Positions 19,874 to 29,689 of a stretch of DNA of 64,000 nt are shown one piece after another (the first letter of the stretch is position 1; the number at the start of each line of letters is the position of its first letter). The position numbers were made by a program, and so were the translations under genes. This DNA comes from an uncultured delta proteobacterium (lineage in GTDB: Bacteria > Myxococcota_A > UBA9160 > SMWR01). The notes beneath the pieces were generated by a model. The model was not told where the DNA came from, did no database searches, and saw only the letters and a program-made list of their open reading frames with translations. The stretch covers positions 608,001 to 672,000 of the forward strand of contig CAWHTE010000001.1 in NCBI GenBank assembly GCA_963832165.1, in the 5' to 3' direction.

Positions 19874-20192
19874 CCGAGCACCTCGCTTTCGGGGCGAGGA
19901 CCCGAACCTACGCCGACGGTGTGACGGATGCGGTCATACGCGCCGAGGAATTCGCGTGCGCTCGAATCTCATCGTGTTCGGCGAGCCGCGCGGTCAGGGT
20001 GAACGCCCGGTCTCGAGACCGTCGCCCGCGCATGTCTAACACCGACGGACCTCTGCGCGCACGACTTCGACCCACGCAGTCGCCACGCCGCAATCGATGC
20101 GGCCGATGAACCGCCGACCTGGGCTCGCGCCCGATTCCCGGAGTCGCTTCTCAACGCGATTCCTGGGTCGGGCTCCTAGTCGAGCGCGCGAG

Positions 20193-21674
20193 CTACTGGA
20201 GGTAGCCCAGCGCCCTCAGCTCCTCCACGTACTGCGCGTCGATCTCCGCGGCGGCTGGCGCGCGGGAGAGCGCCCGGCTCTCGGCCAGGCGGCGCTCGAG
20301 GGCTCGAGAGAGCTCCGCCACCATCTCCGGCCGCTCTGCCGCGCGATCGCGTTGCTCGCCCGGATCGGCGGCGAGGTCGAAGAGCTCGACGAAGTCCTCG
20401 GCTCGGTCGCGGCGGAACTTGTACGTGTAGCGCTCGCGGTCGGGATCGGCGTCCAGGTCGACGCGCTGCATGCCGGCGAGCTTCCACACCACGAGCTTCC
20501 ACGCCTGCGTGCGGACGGACGCGAGGTGGTAGGGGTAGTTGGCGAAGCCCGTGAACGCGAAGGTGGCGGAGTCGACTTCGCCCGCGGACGCCGCCGTTCC
20601 CGCCGCGGCTCGCTCCATCTCCGACACCCGAGAACGGCCCTGGATCGCGTGGTCCACACCGACGCCGAGCAGCGCCAGCGCCGTCGGCAGCAGATCGACG
20701 GTGCTCACCGGCGCCTCCACGACGGCGGCGGGGACCCCGGGGCCGGCCATTATCCAGGGCACGCGCAGCAGCTCGTCGTACAGGGTGTGGATGTGATCCA
20801 CCATCCCGTGCTCGTAGAACTCGTCGCCGTGATCCGAGACGACGATCACCACGGTCTTCGCGAGCAGGCCCTGGGCCTCGAGGCGGACCATGAGCTTCCC
20901 GAACAGCTCGTCCACGTAGGCGATCTCGCCGTCGTACTGCGCGATCGCGTGGGCGAGGTCTGCCGGGGATGGCCGCGGCGCGTCGGGCTGGAGCCGCTTG
21001 GTGTCATAGTCGCTCTTGCAGTCGCCGCAGAAGCGGCGATCGTAGGGCGGCGGCGGCTGGTAGGGCTTGTGCACGTTGAAGCCGTGCCAGAGCAGGAAGA
21101 AGGCGTCCTTCGGCTCGCGCTCGGCGAGCCAGCGCTCGAGGCGCGGCCAGGTGTCCTCGAAGTGCCTCCCGTCCGACACGAAGCTGTCGAAACCAGCGTC
21201 GATCCCGGTCTTCCCCGACATCCAGCCGCCGCCGGTGAAGGCCGCCGTGTGGTAGCCGCGCTCGCGCAGGATCTCCGCCAGCGTCCGGTGCTCCTCGGCG
21301 AGCGTCTCGAAGCTGGGATAGGCGACCAGCCCGTGCGCCGGCGGCTCGAGGCCGGTCAGCATGCTCGCGTGGGCGGGGAGCGTCCAGCTCGAGGCGCTCA
21401 CCGCCCGGCGGAACAACGTCCCTCGGGCGGCAAACGCGTCGATCCGCGGCGACGTGTCGCGGGCGTAGCCGTAGCACCCGAGGTGGTCCGCGCGCAGCGT
21501 GTCGATCGAGACGACGACCAGGTTGGTGCCGGAGAGCGTCGGGTCGAGCATCCGCTCCGGTCCGCAGCCCGCCCCCGCACCGGCGAGGCACGCGAGCCCC
21601 GCGATGATCCGGACGCGGCGCCTGCGTGGTCTCGTGAGGGTGCCGAGGGCTGCGTTCACGAATTCGGAGACCAT
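20193..21674 (-). CDS. Sulfatase-like hydrolase (probable lipoprotein)
   Basis: SIDTLRADHLG, SSWTLPAHASMLTG, YDGEIAYVD, VSDHGDEF, ELFDLAADPGE, LRALGY. Confidence 0.85.
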   Translation of the reverse strand: MVSEFVNAALGTLTRPRRRRVRIIAGLACLAGAGAGCGPERMLDPTLSGTNLVVVSIDTLRADHLGCYGYARDTSPRIDAFAARGTLFRRAVSASSWTLPAHASMLTGLEPPAHGLVAYPSFETLAEEHRTLAEILRERGYHTAAFTGGGWMSGKTGIDAGFDSFVSDGRHFEDTWPRLERWLAEREPKDAFFLLWHGFNVHKPYQPPPPYDRRFCGDCKSDYDTKRLQPDAPRPSPADLAHAIAQYDGEIAYVDELFGKLMVRLEAQGLLAKTVVIVVSDHGDEFYEHGMVDHIHTLYDELLRVPWIMAGPGVPAAVVEAPVSTVDLLPTALALLGVGVDHAIQGRSRVSEMERAAAGTAASAGEVDSATFAFTGFANYPYHLASVRTQAWKLVVWKLAGMQRVDLDADPDRERYTYKFRRDRAEDFVELFDLAADPGEQRDRAAERPEMVAELSRALERRLAESRALSRAPAAAEIDAQYVEELRALGYLQ

Positions 21675-21905
21675 GCGCTGGTGGGTATCCTGCAGCTGCT
21701 TCCCGATCGGGGAAGCGCGAGCCAGTGTGGATCGCCGGACCCGACGATGTCCAGACGGATCGCCACGGAACGGGAGGCGCGGGTAGGAAGGGTCGGGGGA
21801 TCACCGTGCCGTCCTGATTGATCATCACCACCTTCACGGCGGCGCTCCCGCCGCGACCGTCGTGGTCGACCCCCAGGATTCCCGGGCAGTCCATGTCGGC
21901 CTCCA

Positions 21906-21975
21906 GGACCGATACGGTCCCCAGAACCCGACATTTCTACTTCCGACATTTCTATTTGGGAGAAACCCGACGTTT
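21906..21975. repeat. Short direct repeats CCGACATTTCTA x2 plus a degenerate copy, preceded by a small hairpin
   Basis: Copies at 21928-21939 and 21943-21954; CCGACGTTT at 21967-21975; GGACCG-ata-CGGTCC at 21906-21920. Confidence 0.7.
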
Positions 21976-21992
21976 GCATTTTGCGTCTACAT

Positions 21993-22130
21993 CGGAAGGT
22001 CCGAGAAGGGAACGTCGCGTCACCTGCCCGCGAAGGGGAGCCTCCAGCGCCGCGTGATCAGCGAGGCGCTCAAGGACCGCGTTCCCGCGAAGGGGAGCAG
22101 TTGACGTAACGATGCTTCTCGGACCTTCCG
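21993..22130. repeat. 138-nt element with perfect 16-bp terminal inverted repeats and an internal 15-bp direct repeat
   Basis: CGGAAGGTCCGAGAAG (21993-22008) / CTTCTCGGACCTTCCG (22115-22130); CCCGCGAAGGGGAGC at 22027-22041 and 22084-22098. Confidence 0.8.
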
Positions 22131-22677
22131 GGAAGCCAGCTTGTTTCGCCTATGCTCCATGCTCATGCTCCAGCGTCGTGACTAACGTGAGTTGCGTCAG
22201 CGGCTACTCATCGAGTCGGTCGAATGGACTTGCGCGGCAAAGGATCAACAAGCAGCAAGCCGTCCCCGGCGTCGTCACGGCTTCATGATGTCCGATCGAA
22301 GCGTGCATCTCGTGGGTGCCAGGCCGGTCAACTGGATTTGAATCCAGTTCGGCGGTCGAACCGGCGCGTTGGACCTTGATGCGGCGTCTCGAGACGCCAC
22401 GAGAGTCGCCCGCGGGTGCCCTGGCTGGGAGCGAGGGGATCGATGCCGCCCGCGCGAGATCGAGGGGCAGCTTCGATGAAATTCGCGGACTTGAGCGAGC
22501 CAGTCTTCCCGAACGAGCGCTGTTCCCCGGCGGCGATCGACTAGCGACGAGATCGCACCTCGGGCCACCTACGGGGACGCGCCAGGATCGCTCAGGCGCG
22601 GCGATCTGCGGGCAGGGCGCGTCCGGGTGGGGTGGGGCACCAAGGCCGTCGGCGCGACTCGCCCGCGGGAACAGCGG

Positions 22678-23562
22678 TTAGTCGCCGGCGATCGTCGCGC
22701 GGCCGTGCTCGATCAGCACGGCACCTTCCTGAGTGACCACGCGGAATAGCACATAGCGATCGCCGCGCGCGTCGCGGCCGAGATCGTCGCCCGTCCAGAT
22801 CTCGGTCGTGAGCGCGTCGCCGTTGTAGCCCGGGCTCGCGAAGCGGCCCGCCAGCGCGCGCAGCCGGTCGGGCGCGCCGCCCGCGACCGCGTGGACGAGC
22901 GCGCGGCCCGCGAAGCCGAGCGTGTTCAAACCCGAGAGGATCGGCGCGCGAAAGCCCGCGCGCGCGGCGACCTCGGCGTCGAGGTGGATCGCGTTCGGGT
23001 CGTTGCCCGCATGGCGCCACAAGAGCGTCTGCACGGGCAGCGTGGAGTAGGTGATGCACAGGTCGGCGGTGCGCGCGGGCACCTCGGCCCGCTCCGCGCG
23101 CGGGCCGCGCTCGCCGCCGAAGCCGCCGTGACCCTTCACGAACAGGCTCGTCGTCGCCGTGAACAGCGGGGCGCCCGTCGCGCGATCGCTCGCGCTCACC
23201 TCGAGCACCACGAGCGCGCCCGAGCCCTTGTCGTAGATCCCAGCGACGCGCGTGCGGGTGTCGACGTCGCCGGAGGGTCCGACCGGCGCGTGCAACACGA
23301 GCGCCTGCTCGCCCTGAACGATCTCGTGGGGCGCGTAGTCGCCGGTTGCGAAGCCGGGGTCGGGCCACGACTCGGCTTCGGCCGCCATCACCCCCGACAA
23401 CACGAACGCGGGATAGACGCGCTGCACCGCGCCCTCGAGCGCGAACTCGGGTGCGTCGAACCCGGCCCCCACCGCGAGCGCGTAGAGCGCGCAGTCGCGC
23501 GGCCGCCACGTGCGGCGCGCCGGCGCAGAATGTGCGCCAATACGGTGGAGATACATCGCCAT
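22678..23562 (-). CDS. Double hot-dog (R)-specific enoyl-CoA hydratase (MaoC/hydratase 2 type)
   Basis: LYALAVGAG, IYDKGSGA, GNDPNAIHLD...AGFRAPILSGL hydratase-2 motif. Confidence 0.85.
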   Translation of the reverse strand: MAMYLHRIGAHSAPARRTWRPRDCALYALAVGAGFDAPEFALEGAVQRVYPAFVLSGVMAAEAESWPDPGFATGDYAPHEIVQGEQALVLHAPVGPSGDVDTRTRVAGIYDKGSGALVVLEVSASDRATGAPLFTATTSLFVKGHGGFGGERGPRAERAEVPARTADLCITYSTLPVQTLLWRHAGNDPNAIHLDAEVAARAGFRAPILSGLNTLGFAGRALVHAVAGGAPDRLRALAGRFASPGYNGDALTTEIWTGDDLGRDARGDRYVLFRVVTQEGAVLIEHGRATIAGD

Positions 23563-23596
23563 GCGGGTTAGAAAGTAGCGGTCGAGAGGGGGCTAT

Positions 23597-23989
23597 ATGC
23601 AGATGGCTGCGACCTTGATGAGTGCGCTGCTCGCGGGGCTGGGCGCGATCGCGGTGTTCCTGCCCGATACGCTGATCGAAATGGGCCGAAACTTCACGAC
23701 GCCCAAAGGCTTGCTGGCCGCCGCCGCCGTGCGCGTCGTATTCGGGGCCTTGCTGATCACGGCGGCCTCGACCTCGCGCGCGCCCAATCTCTTGCGCGTG
23801 TTTGGCGCCCTGATCCTCGTGGCGGGTCTCGCCACGCCGCTGCTCGGCCCCGAGTACGCGCGCGGGCTCCAGGCCGCGGTGAGCGAGCGCGGTGAACTGA
23901 TCCGCGTGGCAGGCACCGTGGCGATCGTGCTCGGCTGCTCGTTCGTCTGGGCGCTGAGTCCCCGAGGCGGCGGGCGTGTATTGCGATGA
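23597..23989 (+). CDS. Hypothetical membrane protein (about 4 TM)
   Basis: Hydrophobic segments; ATGA overlap with the CoA ligase. Confidence 0.6.
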   Translation: MQMAATLMSALLAGLGAIAVFLPDTLIEMGRNFTTPKGLLAAAAVRVVFGALLITAASTSRAPNLLRVFGALILVAGLATPLLGPEYARGLQAAVSERGELIRVAGTVAIVLGCSFVWALSPRGGGRVLR

Positions 23990-25524
23990 TCGACGCGCGC
24001 GGGCTGTGGCCCCTCATCGAGGCGCGCGCCAACGTGTCTCCCGACGCGTTGTGCGCGGTCGACGAGCAAGAGGCCCAGCTCTCGTTCGGCGAGCTGCGCG
24101 CGCGCGCGGAGCGCGTCGCTGCGGCGCTGGCGCAGCGCGGTGTCGGACCCGACGTGCGCGTCTCGTGGCAGCTCCCGACCTGGATCGAGTCGCTCGTGCT
24201 CGTGGCCGCGCTCGCGCGGCTCGGCGCAGTCCAGAACCCGTTGCTGCCGATCTACCGCGAGCGCGAGATCGGCTTCATCGTCCGCGAGGTGCGGCCGCGC
24301 TGGCTCGTGGTGCCGCGCGTGTTCCGGGGCTACGACCACGCCGCGCTCGCGGAGCGCGTGCTCGCGGAGGTCGCGCGCGAGGGCGGACCGCCTTGCTCGC
24401 TGCTCGTCTGCGATCGCGCGCTGCCCGAGGCGGATCCCGCGGCGCTGCCGGTGTTCGCGCCCGCGCCGGACGATCCGTTGCGCTGGATCTTCTACACGTC
24501 GGGCACGACGGCCGATCCGAAGGGGGCCCTGCACAGCGACGAGACGATTGCGGCGGGCTCGCGCGGCGTCGCCGAGCGCTTCGAGCTCGGCCCCGACGAT
24601 CGCTACCCGATCGTGTTTCCGTTCACGCACATCGGCGGCATCGGGATGCTCGTGGTTCAGCTGCTGACCGGCGCCGGCGCGATCCTCGTCGAGCAGTACG
24701 ACGAGGAGAAGACGCCGCCCTTTCTGGGCGCGCATGGTGTGACGCTCGCCGCGGGCGGAACACCGCTCGTGATGCGCTACCTCCAGTATCAGCGTCGCCA
24801 TCCCGAACGGCGCGTGTTCCCGCGCCTGCGCTCGGCGATGGGTGGAGCGGCGCCGAAGCCGCCGCTCTTGCACAGCGAGGTGAAGGCCGAGCTCGGAGGC
24901 GCGGGTGTGGTCTCGGTGTACGGGCTCACGGAGGCGCCGTTCGTCGTCCTGTCGTCGCCCCGCGATCCCGACGATGCGCTCGCGCACTGCGAGGGCCGCG
25001 CTGCGGGCGGTGCCGAGCTGCGCGTCGTCGATGCCGCGGGGCGCGTCTGCGGGCCGGGCGAGGAGGGCGAGATCCGCGTGCGCGGACCGCAGATCTGCCG
25101 CGGCTACCTCGACGGCAAGGTCGAGAGCGAGGCGTTCGACGCCGACGGATTCTTCCGCACCGGAGATCTCGGATCGCTCGACGCGCGGGGCTTCCTGCGC
25201 GTGACGGGACGCCAGAAGGAGATCATCATCCGAAACGGCGAGAACATCTCGGCGAAGGAGATCGAGGATCTGCTCTACGCGCACCCGAAGATCGCGGACG
25301 CCGCGGTGATCGGGCTGCCCGATGAGCGCACGGGCGAGCGCTGCTGTGCGGTGGTCGTCGCGGCGCCGGGTGCGGCGCTCGACCTCGCGGAGGTCGTTCG
25401 CCACTGCGCCGCGGCGGGACTCGCGCGCCAGAAGCTTCCCGAGCAGCTCGAGCTCGTCGACAGCCTGCCGCGCAACGCGAGCGGCAAGGTGATGAAGCAC
25501 GAGCTGCGGCGGAGCTTCGTGTAA
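23986..25524 (+). CDS. Acyl-CoA synthetase (AMP-binding enzyme)
   Basis: YTSGTTADPKG, YGLTE, FFRTGDLG, GRQKEIIIRNGENI, LPRNASGKV. Confidence 0.92.
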   Translation: MIDARGLWPLIEARANVSPDALCAVDEQEAQLSFGELRARAERVAAALAQRGVGPDVRVSWQLPTWIESLVLVAALARLGAVQNPLLPIYREREIGFIVREVRPRWLVVPRVFRGYDHAALAERVLAEVAREGGPPCSLLVCDRALPEADPAALPVFAPAPDDPLRWIFYTSGTTADPKGALHSDETIAAGSRGVAERFELGPDDRYPIVFPFTHIGGIGMLVVQLLTGAGAILVEQYDEEKTPPFLGAHGVTLAAGGTPLVMRYLQYQRRHPERRVFPRLRSAMGGAAPKPPLLHSEVKAELGGAGVVSVYGLTEAPFVVLSSPRDPDDALAHCEGRAAGGAELRVVDAAGRVCGPGEEGEIRVRGPQICRGYLDGKVESEAFDADGFFRTGDLGSLDARGFLRVTGRQKEIIIRNGENISAKEIEDLLYAHPKIADAAVIGLPDERTGERCCAVVVAAPGAALDLAEVVRHCAAAGLARQKLPEQLELVDSLPRNASGKVMKHELRRSFV

Positions 25525-26489
25525 TGCAGCTCTCGTGCTCGTTCCCGCCGGGTCCGCGGGTCGTCGAGTACGCGCGGTTGGCCGAAGAGCTCGGCTACGC
25601 GCGCGTCTGGCTCTACGACTCGCCGCTGCTCTACCCCGACGTGTGGATGACACTCGCGCGGATCGCCGACGCGACACACCGGATCGGGCTCGGGCCCGGG
25701 GTGCTGGTGCCGAGCCTGCGCCACGTCGCGGCGCAGGCCGCCGCGATCGCGACGCTCGAGATGTCGGCGCCCGGGCGCGTCGCCGTGGCGATCGGCACCG
25801 GCTTCACGGGGCGCCGCCTGCTCGGCAAGCCGCCGCTCGCGTGGCGCACGGTGGCCGAGTACGTGCAGACGATCCGCGCGCTGCTGCGCGGTGAGGAGCC
25901 GATCGTCGACGGCGCGCCGCTGCGCCTGCTCCACCCCGACGGCTTCGCGCCCGAGCGCCCGCTCGCGACGCCGATCCTCGTCGCGGCGAACGGACCGCGC
26001 GGCCTCGAGGTGGCGCACACCCATGGCGACGGCGTGCTCGCACTCGCGGAGCCGCCCGCGGGCTTCGCGTGGTGCGCGCTCGCACGTTCGGGCACGCTGC
26101 TCGAGTCCGGCGAGACGCTCGCCTCGCCGCGCGTGTTCGACGCGCTCGCGCCCGCGATCGCGCTCGTCTATCACGCCACCTACGAGAGCGCGGGAGCCGC
26201 GGTCGACCAGCTGCCGGGCGGGCGCGCGTGGCGCGAGGCGGTCGAGCGCGTTCCGGCCGAGCGGCGCCACCTCGTGATCCACGAGGGTCACTGCGTGGCA
26301 GTCCCGCCGCGCGAGCGAGCGCTGCTCGATCCCGCGGTCGGCGCGATGACGTTCACGGGCACGCTCGAAGAGCTGCGCGCGCGCTGGTCCGGGCTCGAGG
26401 CCGCGGGCGCCACCGAGTTTGCGTATGCGCCGGCCGGCCCCGACATCCCGCGCGAGCTGCGCGCGATGGCTCGCGTCGCGGGGCTATAG
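25524..26489 (+). CDS. LLM-class (luciferase-like) flavin-dependent oxidoreductase
   Basis: AEELGYARVWLYDSP, IGLGPGV, GRVAVAIGTG, VAANGPRGL. Confidence 0.88.
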   Translation: MQLSCSFPPGPRVVEYARLAEELGYARVWLYDSPLLYPDVWMTLARIADATHRIGLGPGVLVPSLRHVAAQAAAIATLEMSAPGRVAVAIGTGFTGRRLLGKPPLAWRTVAEYVQTIRALLRGEEPIVDGAPLRLLHPDGFAPERPLATPILVAANGPRGLEVAHTHGDGVLALAEPPAGFAWCALARSGTLLESGETLASPRVFDALAPAIALVYHATYESAGAAVDQLPGGRAWREAVERVPAERRHLVIHEGHCVAVPPRERALLDPAVGAMTFTGTLEELRARWSGLEAAGATEFAYAPAGPDIPRELRAMARVAGL

Positions 26490-26557
26490 ACAGGGCGGGT
26501 GATCGCGAGCCAGAATGCCGGTCGCCGGCTCCATCGCCGGTGGAAGAGGGAGGAGCC

Positions 26558-27193
26558 ATGGCCTTCGTCGATTGGCGCATGCGGGGCATCCAGATCTCGA
26601 ATTGCAACTGCGCGACGGGGTGTCCGTGTCAGTTCAACGCGCTGCCCACGAACGGCAACTGCCGGGCGTACGTGTTCTTCCAGATCGATTCGGGCCACTT
26701 CGGGAAGGTGCGGCTGGATGGGCTGCGCTGGGGCGGTCTGTTCGCGTGGCCCGGCCCGATCCATTTCGGCGAAGGCACGGCGATGGCCGTGATCGACGAG
26801 CGCGCGGACGCCGATCAGCGCGCGGCACTCGAGGCGATCGCGCAGGGCAGGGAGACCGAGCCCGGCTCGCTGGTCACCCAGGTGTTCAGCACGACGATCA
26901 CGAAGGGGCTCCCCACCGTGTTCAAAGCGATCGAGCTCGCGATCGACGAGAATGCCGGCACGGCGCGCGTGCGTGTGCCGGGTCTGATCGAGGGATCGGC
27001 CGAGCCGATCCGGAACCCCGTCACGGGTGAGCCCCATCGCGCGCGCGTCGCGCTGCCGAAGGGCTTCGAGTACCGCGAAGCCGAGTACGTCGCGGGCACC
27101 GCCAAGGCGACCGGCGCGATCGAGCTCGACTTCGAGGGCACGCACGCCCATATCGCGAAGGCGGACTGGGGCACGCGCGGGGTTCTGAACTAA
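26558..27193 (+). CDS. DUF1326 family protein (Cys-rich, likely metal-binding)
   Basis: GGAGG RBS; NCNCATGCPCQF...PTNGNC, WPGPIHFG, IDERA...QRAAL. Confidence 0.8.
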   Translation: MAFVDWRMRGIQISNCNCATGCPCQFNALPTNGNCRAYVFFQIDSGHFGKVRLDGLRWGGLFAWPGPIHFGEGTAMAVIDERADADQRAALEAIAQGRETEPGSLVTQVFSTTITKGLPTVFKAIELAIDENAGTARVRVPGLIEGSAEPIRNPVTGEPHRARVALPKGFEYREAEYVAGTAKATGAIELDFEGTHAHIAKADWGTRGVLN

Positions 27194-27223
27194 CGCGTCG
27201 AGCGCACCCCGAATTCCGGACGC

Positions 27224-27496
27224 CTACTCGCCGAGTCGGCTCGCTCCGGCGGCCATGTCGGCCGACACCTGGCTGCGGACCGCGTCGGTGAGCTTCACGG
27301 GTCGGTCGCCGCCGGACGGGGCGTCGGCGAGTCCCGCCAGCGGGGTCAGATCGGTAGCGAGCGGCGTTTCGCGCTGCGACATCGGCTGGATCGGCGCGAA
27401 CGCGCCGCCGAATGCCTGCTCGAGGCCCTTGGTGTAGATCGTCATCCCGATGTAGAGCGAGATCAGCAGCATCACGAGGCCGAAGGCCCTTCCCAT
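27224..27496 (-). CDS. Small hypothetical protein with N-terminal TM helix
   Basis: GGAGG RBS, hydrophobic N-terminus, fills intergenic gap. Confidence 0.6.
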   Translation of the reverse strand: MGRAFGLVMLLISLYIGMTIYTKGLEQAFGGAFAPIQPMSQRETPLATDLTPLAGLADAPSGGDRPVKLTDAVRSQVSADMAAGASRLGE

Positions 27497-27635
27497 GGCA
27501 CACCTCCATTCACGGTGTGCTCATCGGCCGAACGGGCCGCGCTCCCGACACCCCGGCAACCCGCGCGCAACTCCGCGCCGATCCCGCGGCGGACCACTCG
27601 CTACGCTGGACGTGGCCGTGCGCTGAGGGATCCCG

Positions 27636-28757
27636 GTGAGCGAAACCCACGAGCTGGTGGTGCGAAGTGGCCTCGTCCACGTCGTCGCTGCGTTCGACGT
27701 CGGCCTGTCGGTCGATCTCGCGCGCAGCAAGCAACTGCTTTCCGACCTGACCGAGGTCGCGAGCATCAAGCACAAGGGTCATGCGCCTACGTACTTCCAG
27801 TTCGATCCGCCGCCGCTTCGGATGACCAAGGAGATCGCACCGCTGGAGATCGGGAGCCGCCGCACGAGCCCGAGCGTCGATCTCACCGTCTACGACTTCG
27901 GCGGCCTGTCGGTGAGTCACACCGTGACATTCTCGGGCTCGTTCGAGGAGCTGATCGAGCTCTCGTGCGCGCTGGCCGGCACGGACCTGTTCGTGCGCGA
28001 TTCCCGGCGGCATGCCGCCGATCTGTTGACGGTCATCGAGAGCGCCGTCGATCGCGCGAGCATCGCGCCGGCCTCCGAGGACTACCTGATCTTCGTGCTC
28101 TCGGAGGTCGAGGGGGCCGCGGAAGTCGAGGACTTCTGGACCCGTCTTGCGCCCGCGACCGCGCGCCTGCTGCGGTCGGAGCGCGACCCGCTCGCGGAGC
28201 AGGAGATCGCGGACGCGATGTCGACGCGGATCTCGTTCGGGCGCGACGACGTCGCCGTCCTCGACTGGAGCGCCGCGCTGCTCGTCGATCGCGAGCCCGA
28301 CGACGTTCGGTCCGTGCTCGAGTTCGCGAACCTCCAGCTGCTCGAGGTGCGCTTTCTCGATTCCGCGCTCGATCGCGCGCTCGATCGATCCTACGAAGTG
28401 GTGTCGAAGCCGCGTCGCCTCAGCGCATTCGGTCTCTCCGGGTGGTCGCGCGGCGAGCTCGCCGAGATCGGCAGCTTCGAGGTCGAAGGCGCGATCCTGT
28501 TCGAGCGCGTCGGCAACGCGATCAAGCTCGTCGGCGATCAGTACCTCGCTCGCGTGTACCGCGCCGCTTCGCAGCGCTTCCGCCTCGCCGAATGGAACGC
28601 GGCGATTCTGCGCAAGCTCGAGACGATCGAGAGCCTCTACCGCAAGGTCTCCGACCGCGCGAGCGGAGCGCGCGCCGAGGCGCTCGAGTGGATCATCATC
28701 GCGCTGATCGCGATCGAGGTGATGTTCACGCTCGTGCCGAGCCTGCGGCCGGGCTGA
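27636..28757 (+). CDS. Conserved hypothetical protein, possibly RMD1/DUF155-like, with C-terminal TM
   Basis: LEFANLQLLE, IKLVGDQYLARVY, LEWIIIALIAIE. Confidence 0.6.
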   Translation: MSETHELVVRSGLVHVVAAFDVGLSVDLARSKQLLSDLTEVASIKHKGHAPTYFQFDPPPLRMTKEIAPLEIGSRRTSPSVDLTVYDFGGLSVSHTVTFSGSFEELIELSCALAGTDLFVRDSRRHAADLLTVIESAVDRASIAPASEDYLIFVLSEVEGAAEVEDFWTRLAPATARLLRSERDPLAEQEIADAMSTRISFGRDDVAVLDWSAALLVDREPDDVRSVLEFANLQLLEVRFLDSALDRALDRSYEVVSKPRRLSAFGLSGWSRGELAEIGSFEVEGAILFERVGNAIKLVGDQYLARVYRAASQRFRLAEWNAAILRKLETIESLYRKVSDRASGARAEALEWIIIALIAIEVMFTLVPSLRPG

Positions 28758-28768
28758 TCGGCTCGCGC

Positions 28769-29689
28769 CTAACGCGCGCGCGCGGTGGCGAGCGCCTTGC
28801 GCTCGGGGGCATGCCCCGCGGCGAGGCGTTTCTTGTGGCGGCCGATCTCCTCCGCCATCGAGTCGAGGAAGACGCGCACGCGCCCCGTGGTGCGCAGGTC
28901 CTCGTGGGTGAGCAGCCAGAGACCGGTCTCGAGCGCGGGCTCGGGCGGCCGCAGCTGCACGAGCGCGGGATCCTCGTCGGCGAGGAAGCAGAGCAGGTGG
29001 CCGATCCCGACCCCGGCGCGGATCGCCGCGCGCAGCGTCGTCCCGCTGCTCACGCGGCAGGCGATTCGCGCATCGGGCACTTGTTCGCGCAGCCAGCGCG
29101 CGGACGGGATGTGCGACATCCCATCTTCCCACCCGACCCAGAGATGGGCGGACAGCTCGCTCTCGGCCGGATGATCGTCGAGATAGCGACGCGCCGCGTA
29201 GAGCGCCGACGGCAGCGCGGCGAGTCGGCGGCCGACGAGGCTCGGCGGCGGGCGATCGGTGACGAGCAGCGCGACCTCCGCCTCGCGCATCGCGAGCTCG
29301 GCGGGTTCGGGCGTCGAGAGCAGGTCGACCTCGATATCGGGATAGCGGCGCGTGAACGTGGCGAGCTCGGGCATGAACGCCGTCGCGAGCGCATCGGTGG
29401 TCGCCACGCGCACGCGACCCGACAGGCGCGCGTCGCGGCCGCTCACCTGACGCGAGAGCGCCTCGAACTCGGCCTCGATGCGCCGCGCAGATTCGAGCAT
29501 CTGTGTGCCCTCGGGCGTGAGCACGTAGGCCGCGCCGCTGCGATCGAACAGCCGCACCCCGAGGCCGTGCTCGAGTGCGGCGAGCCGGCGCGACACCGTG
29601 GAATAGCTGACCCCGAGGCCGCGCGCGGCGTCCGCGAGCGAGCCCGCGCGCGCCACGGCGAGAAAGGTGCGCAGGTCGTCCCAGTCCAC
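28769..29689 (-). CDS. LysR-family transcriptional regulator
   Basis: DWDDLRTFLAVARAGSLADAARGLGVSYSTVSRRLAALE HTH; divergent from SDR. Confidence 0.93.
   Translation of the reverse strand: MDWDDLRTFLAVARAGSLADAARGLGVSYSTVSRRLAALEHGLGVRLFDRSGAAYVLTPEGTQMLESARRIEAEFEALSRQVSGRDARLSGRVRVATTDALATAFMPELATFTRRYPDIEVDLLSTPEPAELAMREAEVALLVTDRPPPSLVGRRLAALPSALYAARRYLDDHPAESELSAHLWVGWEDGMSHIPSARWLREQVPDARIACRVSSGTTLRAAIRAGVGIGHLLCFLADEDPALVQLRPPEPALETGLWLLTHEDLRTTGRVRVFLDSMAEEIGRHKKRLAAGHAPERKALATARAR

Noticed and set aside
21900..22130. Direct repeats as a mini-CRISPR array or retron msr/msd
   Set aside because: Only two 12-15-nt copies, no regular spacers, and no cas or reverse transcriptase gene nearby
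20034..22205. attC-like half motifs (GTCTAAC near 20034, GACTAAC near 22180) suggesting integron cassettes
   Set aside because: No complementary partner box at a suitable distance and no integron integrase in the window
21656..22681. Short ORFs in the 21.7-22.7 kb region
   Set aside because: No recognisable motifs, atypical composition, mutually overlapping; treated as non-coding or decayed
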